Of a DNA stretch of 14,893 nt, positions 1 through 7,307 are shown one piece after another. This DNA comes from a virus (lineage: Duplodnaviria; Heunggongvirae; Uroviricota; Caudoviricetes). The notes under the pieces were generated by a model. That model had not been told where the DNA came from. It searched no databases and saw nothing but the letters and a program-made list of their open reading frames with translations. The stretch covers positions 1-14,893 of IMG/VR virus record IMGVR_UViG_2737471841_000009, one strand, 5' to 3'. The first letter of the stretch is position 1, and every line of letters begins with the position of its first letter. A program made the position numbers and the translations under genes.

Positions 1-585
1 TCAATACCCCACCGCTATAATGTCCACATTAAATCCCCCGGGACCTGCCTGCCAGATGCTGGCCCCTGTTAATGATTTTGTTTGATGAACAACCGCCACA
101 TTTGCTGGCGATTGTGTTTCAGTTGTTACAGTACCGATATCATTCCAGTTAATTGAGATGGAATAGTTCGTTGTTGTAAACGACCGGGGGAAAGTTATGT
201 GTCTTACATTGGTGCCGACAGGAAATCCAAGATAAACACGCTGAATTATCATTCCTCCAGGTAACATAACCCAGTTAGCACCTTCTCCAAAACCAAGGTT
301 TTCGAGAGCTGTTTTCACCGTGCCATCCGATTTGATATCGCCAAACGGATTCTTGCGGCTTAACAGCAGCGCACGAAGCGCGGTAAGCAGCTGGTCGTGC
401 CTCTCCTTCTCCAGGCTGGCACCGGATGCCTCCACCACGCTACAAAGCTCTTCCTGCAACATGTCAAAGTAGTCATCATCCAGATCGGTGGCAGGCGTGC
501 CGGTCTGGGGGTTGCCACGGGTAAAACCGTTCTTACCCGCGCCGAACTTATCCTTCTGCGCGGTTTTCGTGTCTATGCGATGCAT
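1..585 (-). CDS. Phage tail fibre protein, N-terminal part; gene runs off the window at position 1
   Basis: ATG at 585 placed 3 nt after the stop of the upstream baseplate gene. The N-terminus ([21 protein letters not shown]...[12 protein letters not shown]) resembles conserved tail-fibre N-terminal regions of P2/Mu/e14-type phages (recalled, not searched). The ORF is open to the window edge. Confidence 0.55.
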   Translation of the reverse strand: MHRIDTKTAQKDKFGAGKNGFTRGNPQTGTPATDLDDDYFDMLQEELCSVVEASGASLEKERHDQLLTALRALLLSRKNPFGDIKSDGTVKTALENLGFGEGANWVMLPGGMIIQRVYLGFPVGTNVRHITFPRSFTTTNYSISINWNDIGTVTTETQSPANVAVVHQTKSLTGASIWQAGPGGFNVDIIAVGY

Positions 586-588
586 GGA

Positions 589-1173
589 TTACTCCGGATA
601 TTTAAAAATTACGTAGGTATGAGACGGACAGAGTTTGTTAAGCACACATTCGACAACGGTGTCGCCCCAGATACGCAGTGCGGAATCACAGGGATCGCCA
701 CATGTCATCCAGGTGGTGTTTGTGGCGGCTGGCATGTTGACCTGCCAGTAATACCGCCATTCCGGCGCATTCACCGCGTCAGTACAGGCCGATGAGCAGG
801 TGAACGTGCTTTTGTCGTATCGCGTGATGGTAGCGTCTGGTCTGCCCAGGGCAGCAAGCTGTGCAAGATAAAAATTCTCGTTGATGCCGCCCGCCAGGTT
901 AACCTTCGCATCCAGCCGTTGCTGACGCTGGCGAAGGGTCTGTGTCCCTGCGGGAATACATTCATCCGGCAGACCGCACAGACGCTCCCAGCGGTTTATC
1001 AGTTCGGTGGTGGTGCGCGGATCCAGCTCCCGCATCAGGGCATCCGCACGCTGATGAACGCGGGTTAATGACGGTGCCGCACCGGCAATCGACGGATCGC
1101 TGGCTGACCACGCCGGACCGGGGGGCAACAGTGCCGACAACAGACGGATGTAATCATCGTTTGTCACGTCCAT
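589..1173 (-). CDS. Phage tail/baseplate protein, Mu gp48 / P2 gpI-like (same length as e14 YmfQ, 194 aa)
   Basis: 194-aa ORF with ATG at 1173. Its start overlaps the stop of the upstream J-like gene by 10 nt (ATGGACGTGA), indicating translational coupling. Position and size fit the gpI/gp48 slot. Family assignment is from recalled similarity. Confidence 0.55.
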   Translation of the reverse strand: MDVTNDDYIRLLSALLPPGPAWSASDPSIAGAAPSLTRVHQRADALMRELDPRTTTELINRWERLCGLPDECIPAGTQTLRQRQQRLDAKVNLAGGINENFYLAQLAALGRPDATITRYDKSTFTCSSACTDAVNAPEWRYYWQVNMPAATNTTWMTCGDPCDSALRIWGDTVVECVLNKLCPSHTYVIFKYPE

Positions 1174-2222
1174 GAAATCGTCCCCAGTACCGCCAGTTCA
1201 TTTTTTGCAATGGAGATATTGTCTGCCGGTGCAAGCAACTGATGGCTGTATTCCCCGTTCGCACCGGAAATCGCCTCACTGATACGCGATACCTTCAGTT
1301 CTCCCTGCGGATAACCATCACGCAGCAGGAACGAACGCAACTCCGCGGTGATGGCAGCCCGTATTTCCGGTGTGTCCGGCGTCACGCGGATATGAAAATC
1401 CACCGTATGTGCCACCGGCCTGAACACATACAAATCAGAGCCTGCCACCGGGGCCAGTGGCCCGATATGTTGTCTTGCCGCCGTTTCCGTTGATTCTTCC
1501 GGAATGGGATTAATCAGGTCACTGCTGGCAATCATCACACCGACAGTTCCCGTTCCCATCCAGTGACGGTATGTCCATGCGCGGGTAATGCCGGGCACTT
1601 CTTTAGCCCAGACGACATAGTCCCCGTCAGCCCCGCCCTGCGGCGTCCAGTAATACCGCTCAATGACGCGGGCGCGCCACGTTTCCAGCTCTTCAGTATC
1701 AAATCCGCCTGTCAGGGTGTCAGCCACACCGGAAGACGGCAGACCATTCACCGGCGTGACCAGGATTAATGCCGTACCGTCGTCAGCGTTACCGACCGCG
1801 CCTGCACTTGAGCAGGCGATCGGCACGCGCAGGACACCACCGGAGCTGGTTGCATCGGCAGTTGCCGTGTACTGAACCAGGTCATCGCGCTGAATAACAC
1901 TCCCGGCGGTCACCTTCAGGCCATCGCTGACACCTTCCCAGCGCATATACCCGCTGGCAGCCGTGGCCCCCTTGCGCGGACACCGTTTCATCGCAGCATG
2001 TCGCGCCAGCCAGGACTCATCGCACAGGTCAGGCAGCATGTTCATTGCCAGATAATCGATGTACCCGTAAACCGTATGCAGCGCCGCCGCATACACCTTT
2101 GCCCGCACGTCTTCATCCATGCGCCGGAGCGTGTCGCTGACGTCCAGCCTGGCGAATAAATCGTTACGGAGCATACTGATATTTTCTGCCAGCGTCGGGC
2201 GCTGAAATTCACTGTCCGCCAT
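1164..2222 (-). CDS. Baseplate J-like protein (Mu gp47 / P2 gpJ family)
   Basis: 352-aa ORF with ATG at 2222, overlapping the upstream gene by 14 nt. Size and synteny (between the gp46-like and gpI-like genes) fit the baseplate wedge protein. Confidence 0.6.
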   Translation of the reverse strand: MADSEFQRPTLAENISMLRNDLFARLDVSDTLRRMDEDVRAKVYAAALHTVYGYIDYLAMNMLPDLCDESWLARHAAMKRCPRKGATAASGYMRWEGVSDGLKVTAGSVIQRDDLVQYTATADATSSGGVLRVPIACSSAGAVGNADDGTALILVTPVNGLPSSGVADTLTGGFDTEELETWRARVIERYYWTPQGGADGDYVVWAKEVPGITRAWTYRHWMGTGTVGVMIASSDLINPIPEESTETAARQHIGPLAPVAGSDLYVFRPVAHTVDFHIRVTPDTPEIRAAITAELRSFLLRDGYPQGELKVSRISEAISGANGEYSHQLLAPADNISIAKNELAVLGTISWT

Positions 2223-2637
2223 GCGTTATCGCACTCCACAGATCATCAAAAGAAATCATTACCGGTCCGTCACGACGCCAGAGGGTGATACTGTTACCCA
2301 GTTCATTAATCCCGGTGCGGCGGATATCCAGATCAATACGGGACACCACGCCGTCATCAATCATCCATTGCAGGCATTCGCGGATATACCCCCTTACCGT
2401 CAGCACCAGCTGATTGGTCAGTTTGCTGCGCTGAAGCAGCCACAGTCGGGAGCCGTAACGGTCATTCTGTACCGCAGGCCAGGTATCCCCCCACCATCCC
2501 ATCGGGACGTCGGCGTTGTCATCAGGCTCCGCCCGCCGCCAGGTAAACAGGGAAATCACCACGGCGCGGGTCAGCGGATCCAGCGGTGCGCTGGCGCAGG
2601 TGCGTTTACCGTTCACCGTCAGCCACAGTTCCATCAT
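2209..2637 (-). CDS. Phage GP46-family baseplate protein (Mu gp46 / gpW-like)
   Basis: 142-aa ORF beginning ATGATG at 2637, with an ATGA overlap onto the upstream gene stop. Size and the motif GWWGDTW...GSRLWLL fit the GP46 family (recalled). Confidence 0.55.
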   Translation of the reverse strand: MMELWLTVNGKRTCASAPLDPLTRAVVISLFTWRRAEPDDNADVPMGWWGDTWPAVQNDRYGSRLWLLQRSKLTNQLVLTVRGYIRECLQWMIDDGVVSRIDLDIRRTGINELGNSITLWRRDGPVMISFDDLWSAITHGGQ

Positions 2638-3101
2638 GCCTCCATCGCTTTATCAGGTTTGTCGGTGTTACTGCCCTGACCGTTCTCTCTGTGACGATGC
2701 CCGTTATAGGCAAGCCGCATCGCTGACATGGTGGTGCCGCTGGAGTCGCACAGGTCTTTCACCTGTCCTGTCACTTCCAGGTCCATTTCAAAACGTGCTT
2801 TAGGTGAATTGCGAAACGTGATCGTTTTACCTGCACCGTCCACCACGATCCCCTCCCGGGTCAGCGTCACGGACTGCCCCTGATCGTCATAGACAGCCAC
2901 CTCACCCGTCTGCAGCCCTTTCAGGCGGTAGCGCCGGTCCGACACCGTAACAACCACCGCATGAGAACGGTCACCATCCGGAAACAACACCACCGCTTCC
3001 GCACCGCTGTTTGCTCTTGCGGTAAAACCGTAGGGTTCAAGATGTTCAACCCCGGCTTTGGGTTCCCGGCCATTTACCCGTAGCGTGACATTGTCGTTCA
3101 T
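2634..3101 (-). CDS. Small baseplate protein, gpV / Mu gp45-like (putative spike or hub component)
   Basis: 155-aa ORF with ATG at 3101 and an ATGA overlap onto the upstream gene. It sits between the DNA-circulation-like and gp46-like genes. Function is inferred mainly from synteny. Confidence 0.4.
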   Translation of the reverse strand: MNDNVTLRVNGREPKAGVEHLEPYGFTARANSGAEAVVLFPDGDRSHAVVVTVSDRRYRLKGLQTGEVAVYDDQGQSVTLTREGIVVDGAGKTITFRNSPKARFEMDLEVTGQVKDLCDSSGTTMSAMRLAYNGHRHRENGQGSNTDKPDKAMEA

Positions 3102-4252
3102 TGCACTGGCACCTTCAGAGGGATCACCGGCACAAAGCCGGGATGCGTAATGGCATTACGCCGGATAATGTCCGCGTCACGCGCCGCGTTATCAAACCAG
3201 GTCGCCGCCAGCACCAGCGCGGGTAAAACCTCATCCGGTGTGCGCTGAATGATCCGTGCAGACTGTTCAAGGCGCGTGTTGATATCCGCATTCAGATCTG
3301 CTTTCACCCGGCGCAGCGCCAGAAACAGCGCATCGCTGGTTGTACGGGACAACTCCTTATCAATTGCCGTATTCAGTGTGTCGCGAATGTCAGTCAGTTC
3401 TTCCCACGTCGGCAGGTCAACCGTGTTTTTCACCGCCGGTGCATTGTTCAGTGCCGGATGCGTGACGGAAGGCCAGCCAGTGCTCTGCGCGGGTGTTGTT
3501 GCCTGCCCCACTGCGGAATTCTGCATCACCGCGGAAGTTGTTGGCGCAGGCAATCGGGTGACGGCATACGCCGCTTCGCTGATTGCGGTTGTACGAAGGG
3601 TGCTGGCAACCACGTTACGCTGCTGCGTCGCCGTGGCGGTGGTTTTACTGTCCGTTTTCCAGACGCCGCGCGGTTGCAGATCGCTGCCGAGGCTGACACC
3701 GGAAAGCGTTTTGATCATGGTGACCAGGTCGCTGGCGTTACCATAAAGGCGTTTCCCGGTACGCCACATTTTCTGCACCTGCTCAACGAAATTTTTGCCT
3801 GACGATGGCGGCGGCAGAAGTACCGAGATATCCCCCTGCAACAGCCTGGCGGCATCCGATACGGCAGAATCCACCACTTTCATCGCATCAGAAACATACC
3901 CCAGCATTATGCTGGCATTACCGATAACGTCGTTCTGCACGAAATCCGCCACACCATCGATACTGAAACCGCTGAAGCTGTCACTGATGCAGTCATCCAG
4001 TGCAGAACAGGATGACATCAGCGTCTGCGCCGTCGCCGCACCTGATGTGGGGTAAGAGAGTTCTCCTGCTTCGACAAACTTCAGGTCAAAGCGGACAATA
4101 CGCCCTTCACTTTTCGATGTGCTGACCCGAACTTCCCCGTCAACACAGACTTTCAGCTCACCGTATGTCGGATGGACAAGCGTGCCGGGACCGGGTTTAT
4201 TCAGCGCGTCAATCAGGCGATCGCGCTGGTCAAAGCAGTCATCTCCCACCAC
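3098..4252 (-). CDS. Mu gp43-like 'DNA circulation' / baseplate hub family protein; 5' end apparently disrupted
   Basis: 384-aa ORF whose first codon at 4252 is GTG. The segment VVGDDCFDQRDRLIDALNKPGPGTLVHPTYGEL resembles the conserved core of the DNA-circulation N-terminal domain. The same frame stays open upstream to about 4340 with no SD or ATG, while a separate SD-preceded ATG ORF (4397-4239) lies in the +1 frame. Confidence 0.5.
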   Translation of the reverse strand: MVGDDCFDQRDRLIDALNKPGPGTLVHPTYGELKVCVDGEVRVSTSKSEGRIVRFDLKFVEAGELSYPTSGAATAQTLMSSCSALDDCISDSFSGFSIDGVADFVQNDVIGNASIMLGYVSDAMKVVDSAVSDAARLLQGDISVLLPPPSSGKNFVEQVQKMWRTGKRLYGNASDLVTMIKTLSGVSLGSDLQPRGVWKTDSKTTATATQQRNVVASTLRTTAISEAAYAVTRLPAPTTSAVMQNSAVGQATTPAQSTGWPSVTHPALNNAPAVKNTVDLPTWEELTDIRDTLNTAIDKELSRTTSDALFLALRRVKADLNADINTRLEQSARIIQRTPDEVLPALVLAATWFDNAARDADIIRRNAITHPGFVPVIPLKVPVQ

Positions 4253-4397
4253 ATAAGCCGTGATGGACGGGCGGAAAGTGACTTTTCCCAGATCTTCGGT
4301 ACGCGCCCCAGACGGTCGCCTCCACTGCGTCGCGGTTCTCCATCTTCTTCACTTCAGTAATGGCCTTGCGGGTTTTCTTTTTGAAAATACCAAACAT
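4239..4397 (-). other. 51-codon ORF (MFGIFKKKTRKAITEVKKMENRD...) out of frame with the downstream baseplate gene; possible remnant N-terminus or frameshifted 5' part
   Basis: ATG at 4397 preceded by AAGGA. The ORF ends at TGA 4239-4241, 13 nt inside the next ORF, which is in the +1 frame. Confidence 0.3.
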
Positions 4398-4535
4398 CGT
4401 GACTTTTCCTTTTAGTGGGTGAGCCTGCGCCCGGGGGTGACCAGCCCACAGAGAAAGTCACACTGACCATCCCGTAAGCTCACCCCTGAAAGGCTCTGTG
4501 GTTTTTTTGATGTGCGCCGGACGTGGCGCGGATAT

Positions 4536-4559
4536 AAAAAAGGCCCGCCGCAGCGAGCC
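4536..4559 (-). terminator. Intrinsic terminator downstream of the AraC-family gene
   Basis: On the minus strand a 7-bp GC-rich stem (GGCTCGC / GCGGGCC, one G-U pair) with a TGCG tetraloop is followed by T6 (plus-strand A6 at 4536-4541). It lies 26 nt after the stop at 4585. Confidence 0.6.
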
Positions 4560-4584
4560 TGTTTTCAATGAGTGCAAAATTCAA

Positions 4585-5328
4585 TTATTCTTGAGTAACA
4601 CTTAAACTCATCTCATTGAATGCAGCCATCCTGTAACCTGCCGGTGTAACACCAAAATAACTCCTGAATACGCTGATAAAATAAGATGTAAAATTATAGC
4701 CACACTGAGCAGCGATTCTGTTGATGGCGCAACGAGATTGATTCAACAGCATTGCTGCCATTCTCATTCTCTCTGTAAGCAACAACTCACTGAAACAGGT
4801 GCCTTCTTCTTTCAGTCTTTTTTTTAACAAACTTTCACTGATACATAACCGCGAAGACACATCTCTCAGAGTCCAGTTTGCTGCAATGTCCGTACGAAAC
4901 AATGCACTAAGCCTGTCACTAATATTGCCAATACACGCGGTCAGAAACGACGAAAACATTTTCTCTGATGAGAAAAACGCCAGACACGAAAAGGAAAGCA
5001 TTTCCGCTAAATTGTCCGTATGAATCTTTTCCTCACAAAGATAATCAATCAGGATGCCCATCAATTCTGCCTTGGGAAAACTCACGCAAAGATATCGTGG
5101 TATTTGCCGGACTAAAACTACATCCTGTTTTTCGTCTCCACACAACAGGTAACGGATAATTGTCGATTCACTGAGACTTATTCGCCGAAAACATTCCGAA
5201 AAGGGCAATAACGATCCAGCTCCCCCCCTGACAAGAAGTGCACTACCACTTTCCAGAGAGAGCTCTTTTCCTTCAAAGAGCACAACAAACGGGGAATGAA
5301 CAAAAACAACAGAACAAGCTTCATTCAT
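4585..5328 (-). CDS. AraC-family transcriptional regulator, AppY/Rns-like subfamily
   Basis: The C-terminal 100 aa show the AraC-type HTH signature (SESLLKKRLKEEGTCFSELL...CGYNFTSYFISVFRSYFGVTPAGY). The gene is visibly AT-rich compared with its flanks. ATG at 5328 is preferred over the TTG at 5388 used by the ORF track. Confidence 0.7.
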   Translation of the reverse strand: MNEACSVVFVHSPFVVLFEGKELSLESGSALLVRGGAGSLLPFSECFRRISLSESTIIRYLLCGDEKQDVVLVRQIPRYLCVSFPKAELMGILIDYLCEEKIHTDNLAEMLSFSCLAFFSSEKMFSSFLTACIGNISDRLSALFRTDIAANWTLRDVSSRLCISESLLKKRLKEEGTCFSELLLTERMRMAAMLLNQSRCAINRIAAQCGYNFTSYFISVFRSYFGVTPAGYRMAAFNEMSLSVTQE

Positions 5329-5450
5329 ATCAATTGCCCTGACATTACTGGTCACAAGATAAGTATATATCGATTTACAAAAATACAAGCCGAAAGACCA
5401 GTATTCGCAACCACCAGCGCGTTTAACGTCCTGTACCGTTTTTCAGGCAT

Positions 5451-5474
5451 AAAAAAACCCGCTCAGTGGCGGGT
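5451..5474 (-). terminator. Intrinsic terminator at the end of the cro operon
   Basis: Minus-strand hairpin ACCCGC-loop-GCGGGT followed by T7 (plus-strand A7 at 5451-5457), about 110 nt downstream of the stop at 5582. Confidence 0.5.
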
Positions 5475-5581
5475 TCTTAAATCTTATCAACGGTAGACAT
5501 ACAAAGCCCATCGTTGGAAAAATCTTATCCATATTTTTTGGAAAATGCAAGCATTATGTCGCCATCTTCGGCGAAAATCAT

Positions 5582-6247
5582 TTATCTCGTCACTTTTCTT
5601 AATTGCGCCTCAGCATATGCTTCTTCCTGCCAGCACTTTGTAACCAGTTTATCAATGACATCTGCATATCCTTTGTACCACTGATAATCTGTCAGGTCTG
5701 GTACCAGCTTCTGGACATGATGCCGCGCCAGTGTGGTTGGTAAACGGCTAAACCGGTTTCCATTGCAACGCCCACAAATCTTATAAACAGGCGTGCCATG
5801 AAGCCGGGTCCTTTTTTCATCCAGGACAATACCTTTACCCTTACACCCTCTGCACGCTGTGCTGACTTCTCCCTTACCATGACAATGCTGACATAGTTCC
5901 TTCAGCAGGCGCTGGTTTATATCGGCGTTCTCTACTTCCTCAATTTCAGGAAGCGATACGAACACCCCACCAGCAGACTGTGCGACAGCATCCGCAATGT
6001 AGTGAGTGCCAGCTGCGCGCTGTAAAACCATTGCCCATCCCAGCGGGAAAATCTGATCGCCATCGGCACGAAGGCGGTTAAATAATGCGCTCTCTGTTAC
6101 ATCCAGCCAGTCAGCAGCTTCAGCGTAACCCCCCGGCAACGCTGCGATAGTTTTTCTGACAGCTTTCACGTACCACTTAGGCTGTTTTTCTACTTTCCAG
6201 TGATGCTTACCCACGGCTATCTCCTTAAAACTGTGGTTACTTTTCAT
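5582..6247 (-). CDS. CII-position regulator (YdaT-like?) with a C-terminal Cys-rich zinc-ribbon
   Basis: ATG at 6247 overlaps the 3' end of the cro-like gene by 11 nt (the ORF track extends to a TTG at 6319). The gene occupies the cII/ydaT slot after cro. C-terminal motifs CQHCHGKGE, CRGCKGKG and CGRCNGNR are DnaJ-like CxxCxGxG repeats. Confidence 0.45.
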   Translation of the reverse strand: MKSNHSFKEIAVGKHHWKVEKQPKWYVKAVRKTIAALPGGYAEAADWLDVTESALFNRLRADGDQIFPLGWAMVLQRAAGTHYIADAVAQSAGGVFVSLPEIEEVENADINQRLLKELCQHCHGKGEVSTACRGCKGKGIVLDEKRTRLHGTPVYKICGRCNGNRFSRLPTTLARHHVQKLVPDLTDYQWYKGYADVIDKLVTKCWQEEAYAEAQLRKVTR

Positions 6248-6485
6248 CTGATGAATCTTTAATCTTTTGAAAAATATCTGGACGTAATTTTTCTTTTGAT
6301 ATGCCAGTGGTCTTTTCAATGAATATCGAGAGCTTTGCAGGGGGACGCTTTTCTCTGTTCAACCAGTTCCAGACATGTTGTTGCTTTACTAAATGACCGC
6401 TGCTGGCTGTGAGCTTCCGAGCCAATTCTGATTGACCACCAGCCAGAGCGATTGCCTCCGATAAGGCTAATTGCTCAGGTGTCAT
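6237..6485 (-). CDS. Cro-like repressor (YdaS / Cro-CI HTH family)
   Basis: 82-aa ORF with ATG at 6485 preceded by AAGGAG. It is transcribed divergently from the CI-like gene across an operator-rich intergenic region. The sequence (QSELARKL...LRPD) resembles the YdaS-type Cro family. Confidence 0.65.
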   Translation of the reverse strand: MTPEQLALSEAIALAGGQSELARKLTASSGHLVKQQHVWNWLNREKRPPAKLSIFIEKTTGISKEKLRPDIFQKIKDSSDEK

Positions 6486-6620
6486 AGCTTTCTCCTTTTT
6501 AGGTAGTTAAGTTGTTACGAGTTGCAAGAATACAACATTAACAACTTTTATCACAACTTTTAGGTGTTGGAAAGCTAAAACATAAAGTTGTAACCTCATC
6601 AAAAAAGAGAGGGATATGTT
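6486..6620. promoter_or_regulatory. OR-like divergent promoter and operator region between cro and cI
   Basis: 135-bp AT-rich intergenic region with repeated half-site-like motifs: AAGTTGT at 6509 and 6585; ACAACTT at 6541 and 6553; AGGTGTT at 6562. The 11-mer CATAAAGTTGT (6581-6591) recurs at OL (8234-8244). Confidence 0.65.
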
Positions 6621-7307
6621 GTGAAAACACTGGCAGAACGATTAAAGATAGGTAGAGAGAAAGCTGGCATGAGCCAAGCTCAACTAGCTGAAAAAATTGG
6701 ACTTTCACAACAATCTGTAGCCAAAATAGAGAATGGCGAAACTCTACAACCGCGCAAAATTAAAGAAATTGCAAAAGTTTTAGGTGTATCACAAAAGTGG
6801 TTACAACTTGGTATTGAAGACAACGCATCCATACCTGATCTTGTTGTAAAAGAAGCAGAAAGCACCGCATTAGACCCCGATATTTTCGTAAACATTCCTG
6901 TTTTAGATGTCGAGTTATCGGCAGGTAACGGATGTCTGGCTGAAATAGTTGAATCAGCTATTGACTGGTTTCCGTTAAGAAGAGCAGATTTGAGAAAATC
7001 TGGCGTATGTGCATCTAATGCCAAGATCGTAAAAATATGGGGGAACAGTTTATTACCGGTTCTCAATAATGGAGATCTTGTTGCCGTTGATATTTCTCAA
7101 ACCGTTCCTATTCGTGATGGCGATCTTTATGCCGTACGAGATGGTGTATTGCTAAGGGTTAAAATACTTATCAACTTACCTGACGGTGGCTTGATTCTTA
7201 GAAGCTTCAACAAAGATGAGTACCCAGATGAAATACTCACCTTTGAAGATAGACGAGCCAGAATTCATGTTATAGGTAGGGTATTCTGGTCATCGCGAAC
7301 TTGGTAA
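6621..7307 (+). CDS. CI-like prophage repressor (XRE-type HTH plus S24 LexA-like autopeptidase domain)
   Basis: GTG start at 6621 preceded by GAGAGGG. N-terminal HTH (MSQAQLAEKIGLSQQSVAKIENGE). An Ala-Gly candidate cleavage site (LSAGNG) and a Ser/Lys dyad (WGNSLLP and LLRVK) are present. Confidence 0.85.
   Translation: MKTLAERLKIGREKAGMSQAQLAEKIGLSQQSVAKIENGETLQPRKIKEIAKVLGVSQKWLQLGIEDNASIPDLVVKEAESTALDPDIFVNIPVLDVELSAGNGCLAEIVESAIDWFPLRRADLRKSGVCASNAKIVKIWGNSLLPVLNNGDLVAVDISQTVPIRDGDLYAVRDGVLLRVKILINLPDGGLILRSFNKDEYPDEILTFEDRRARIHVIGRVFWSSRTW

Noticed and set aside
397-1175. Plus-strand ORFs 397-795 and 942-1175, and the minus-strand ORF 771-965
   Set aside because: They lie antisense to or nested in tightly coupled tail-gene ORFs, lack ribosome-binding sites and have low-complexity Arg/Gly-rich translations typical of GC-rich antisense frames.
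1242-2679. Plus-strand ORFs (1242-1493, 1563-1769, 1663-1875, 2221-2679) and the minus-strand ORF 2042-2239 inside the baseplate genes
   Set aside because: Antisense or alternative-frame artefacts within well-supported coupled baseplate ORFs; no start-site support.
3249-4360. Plus-strand ORFs 3249-3746, 3458-3802, 3795-4055 and 4172-4360
   Set aside because: All lie antisense to the DNA-circulation-like gene, with Arg/Cys-rich translations and no SD.
4799-5496. Plus-strand ORFs 4799-5023, 4968-5159 and 5296-5496 antisense to the AraC-family gene
   Set aside because: Short ORFs in AT-rich antisense sequence with no RBS; the AraC-type reading frame is far better supported.
5692-5880. 62-aa minus-strand ORF nested in the CII-position gene
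   Set aside because: Alternative frame inside a longer, better-supported ORF.
6680-7066. 128-aa minus-strand ORF antisense to cI
   Set aside because: It lies within the clearly coding CI repressor gene, with no start-site support.
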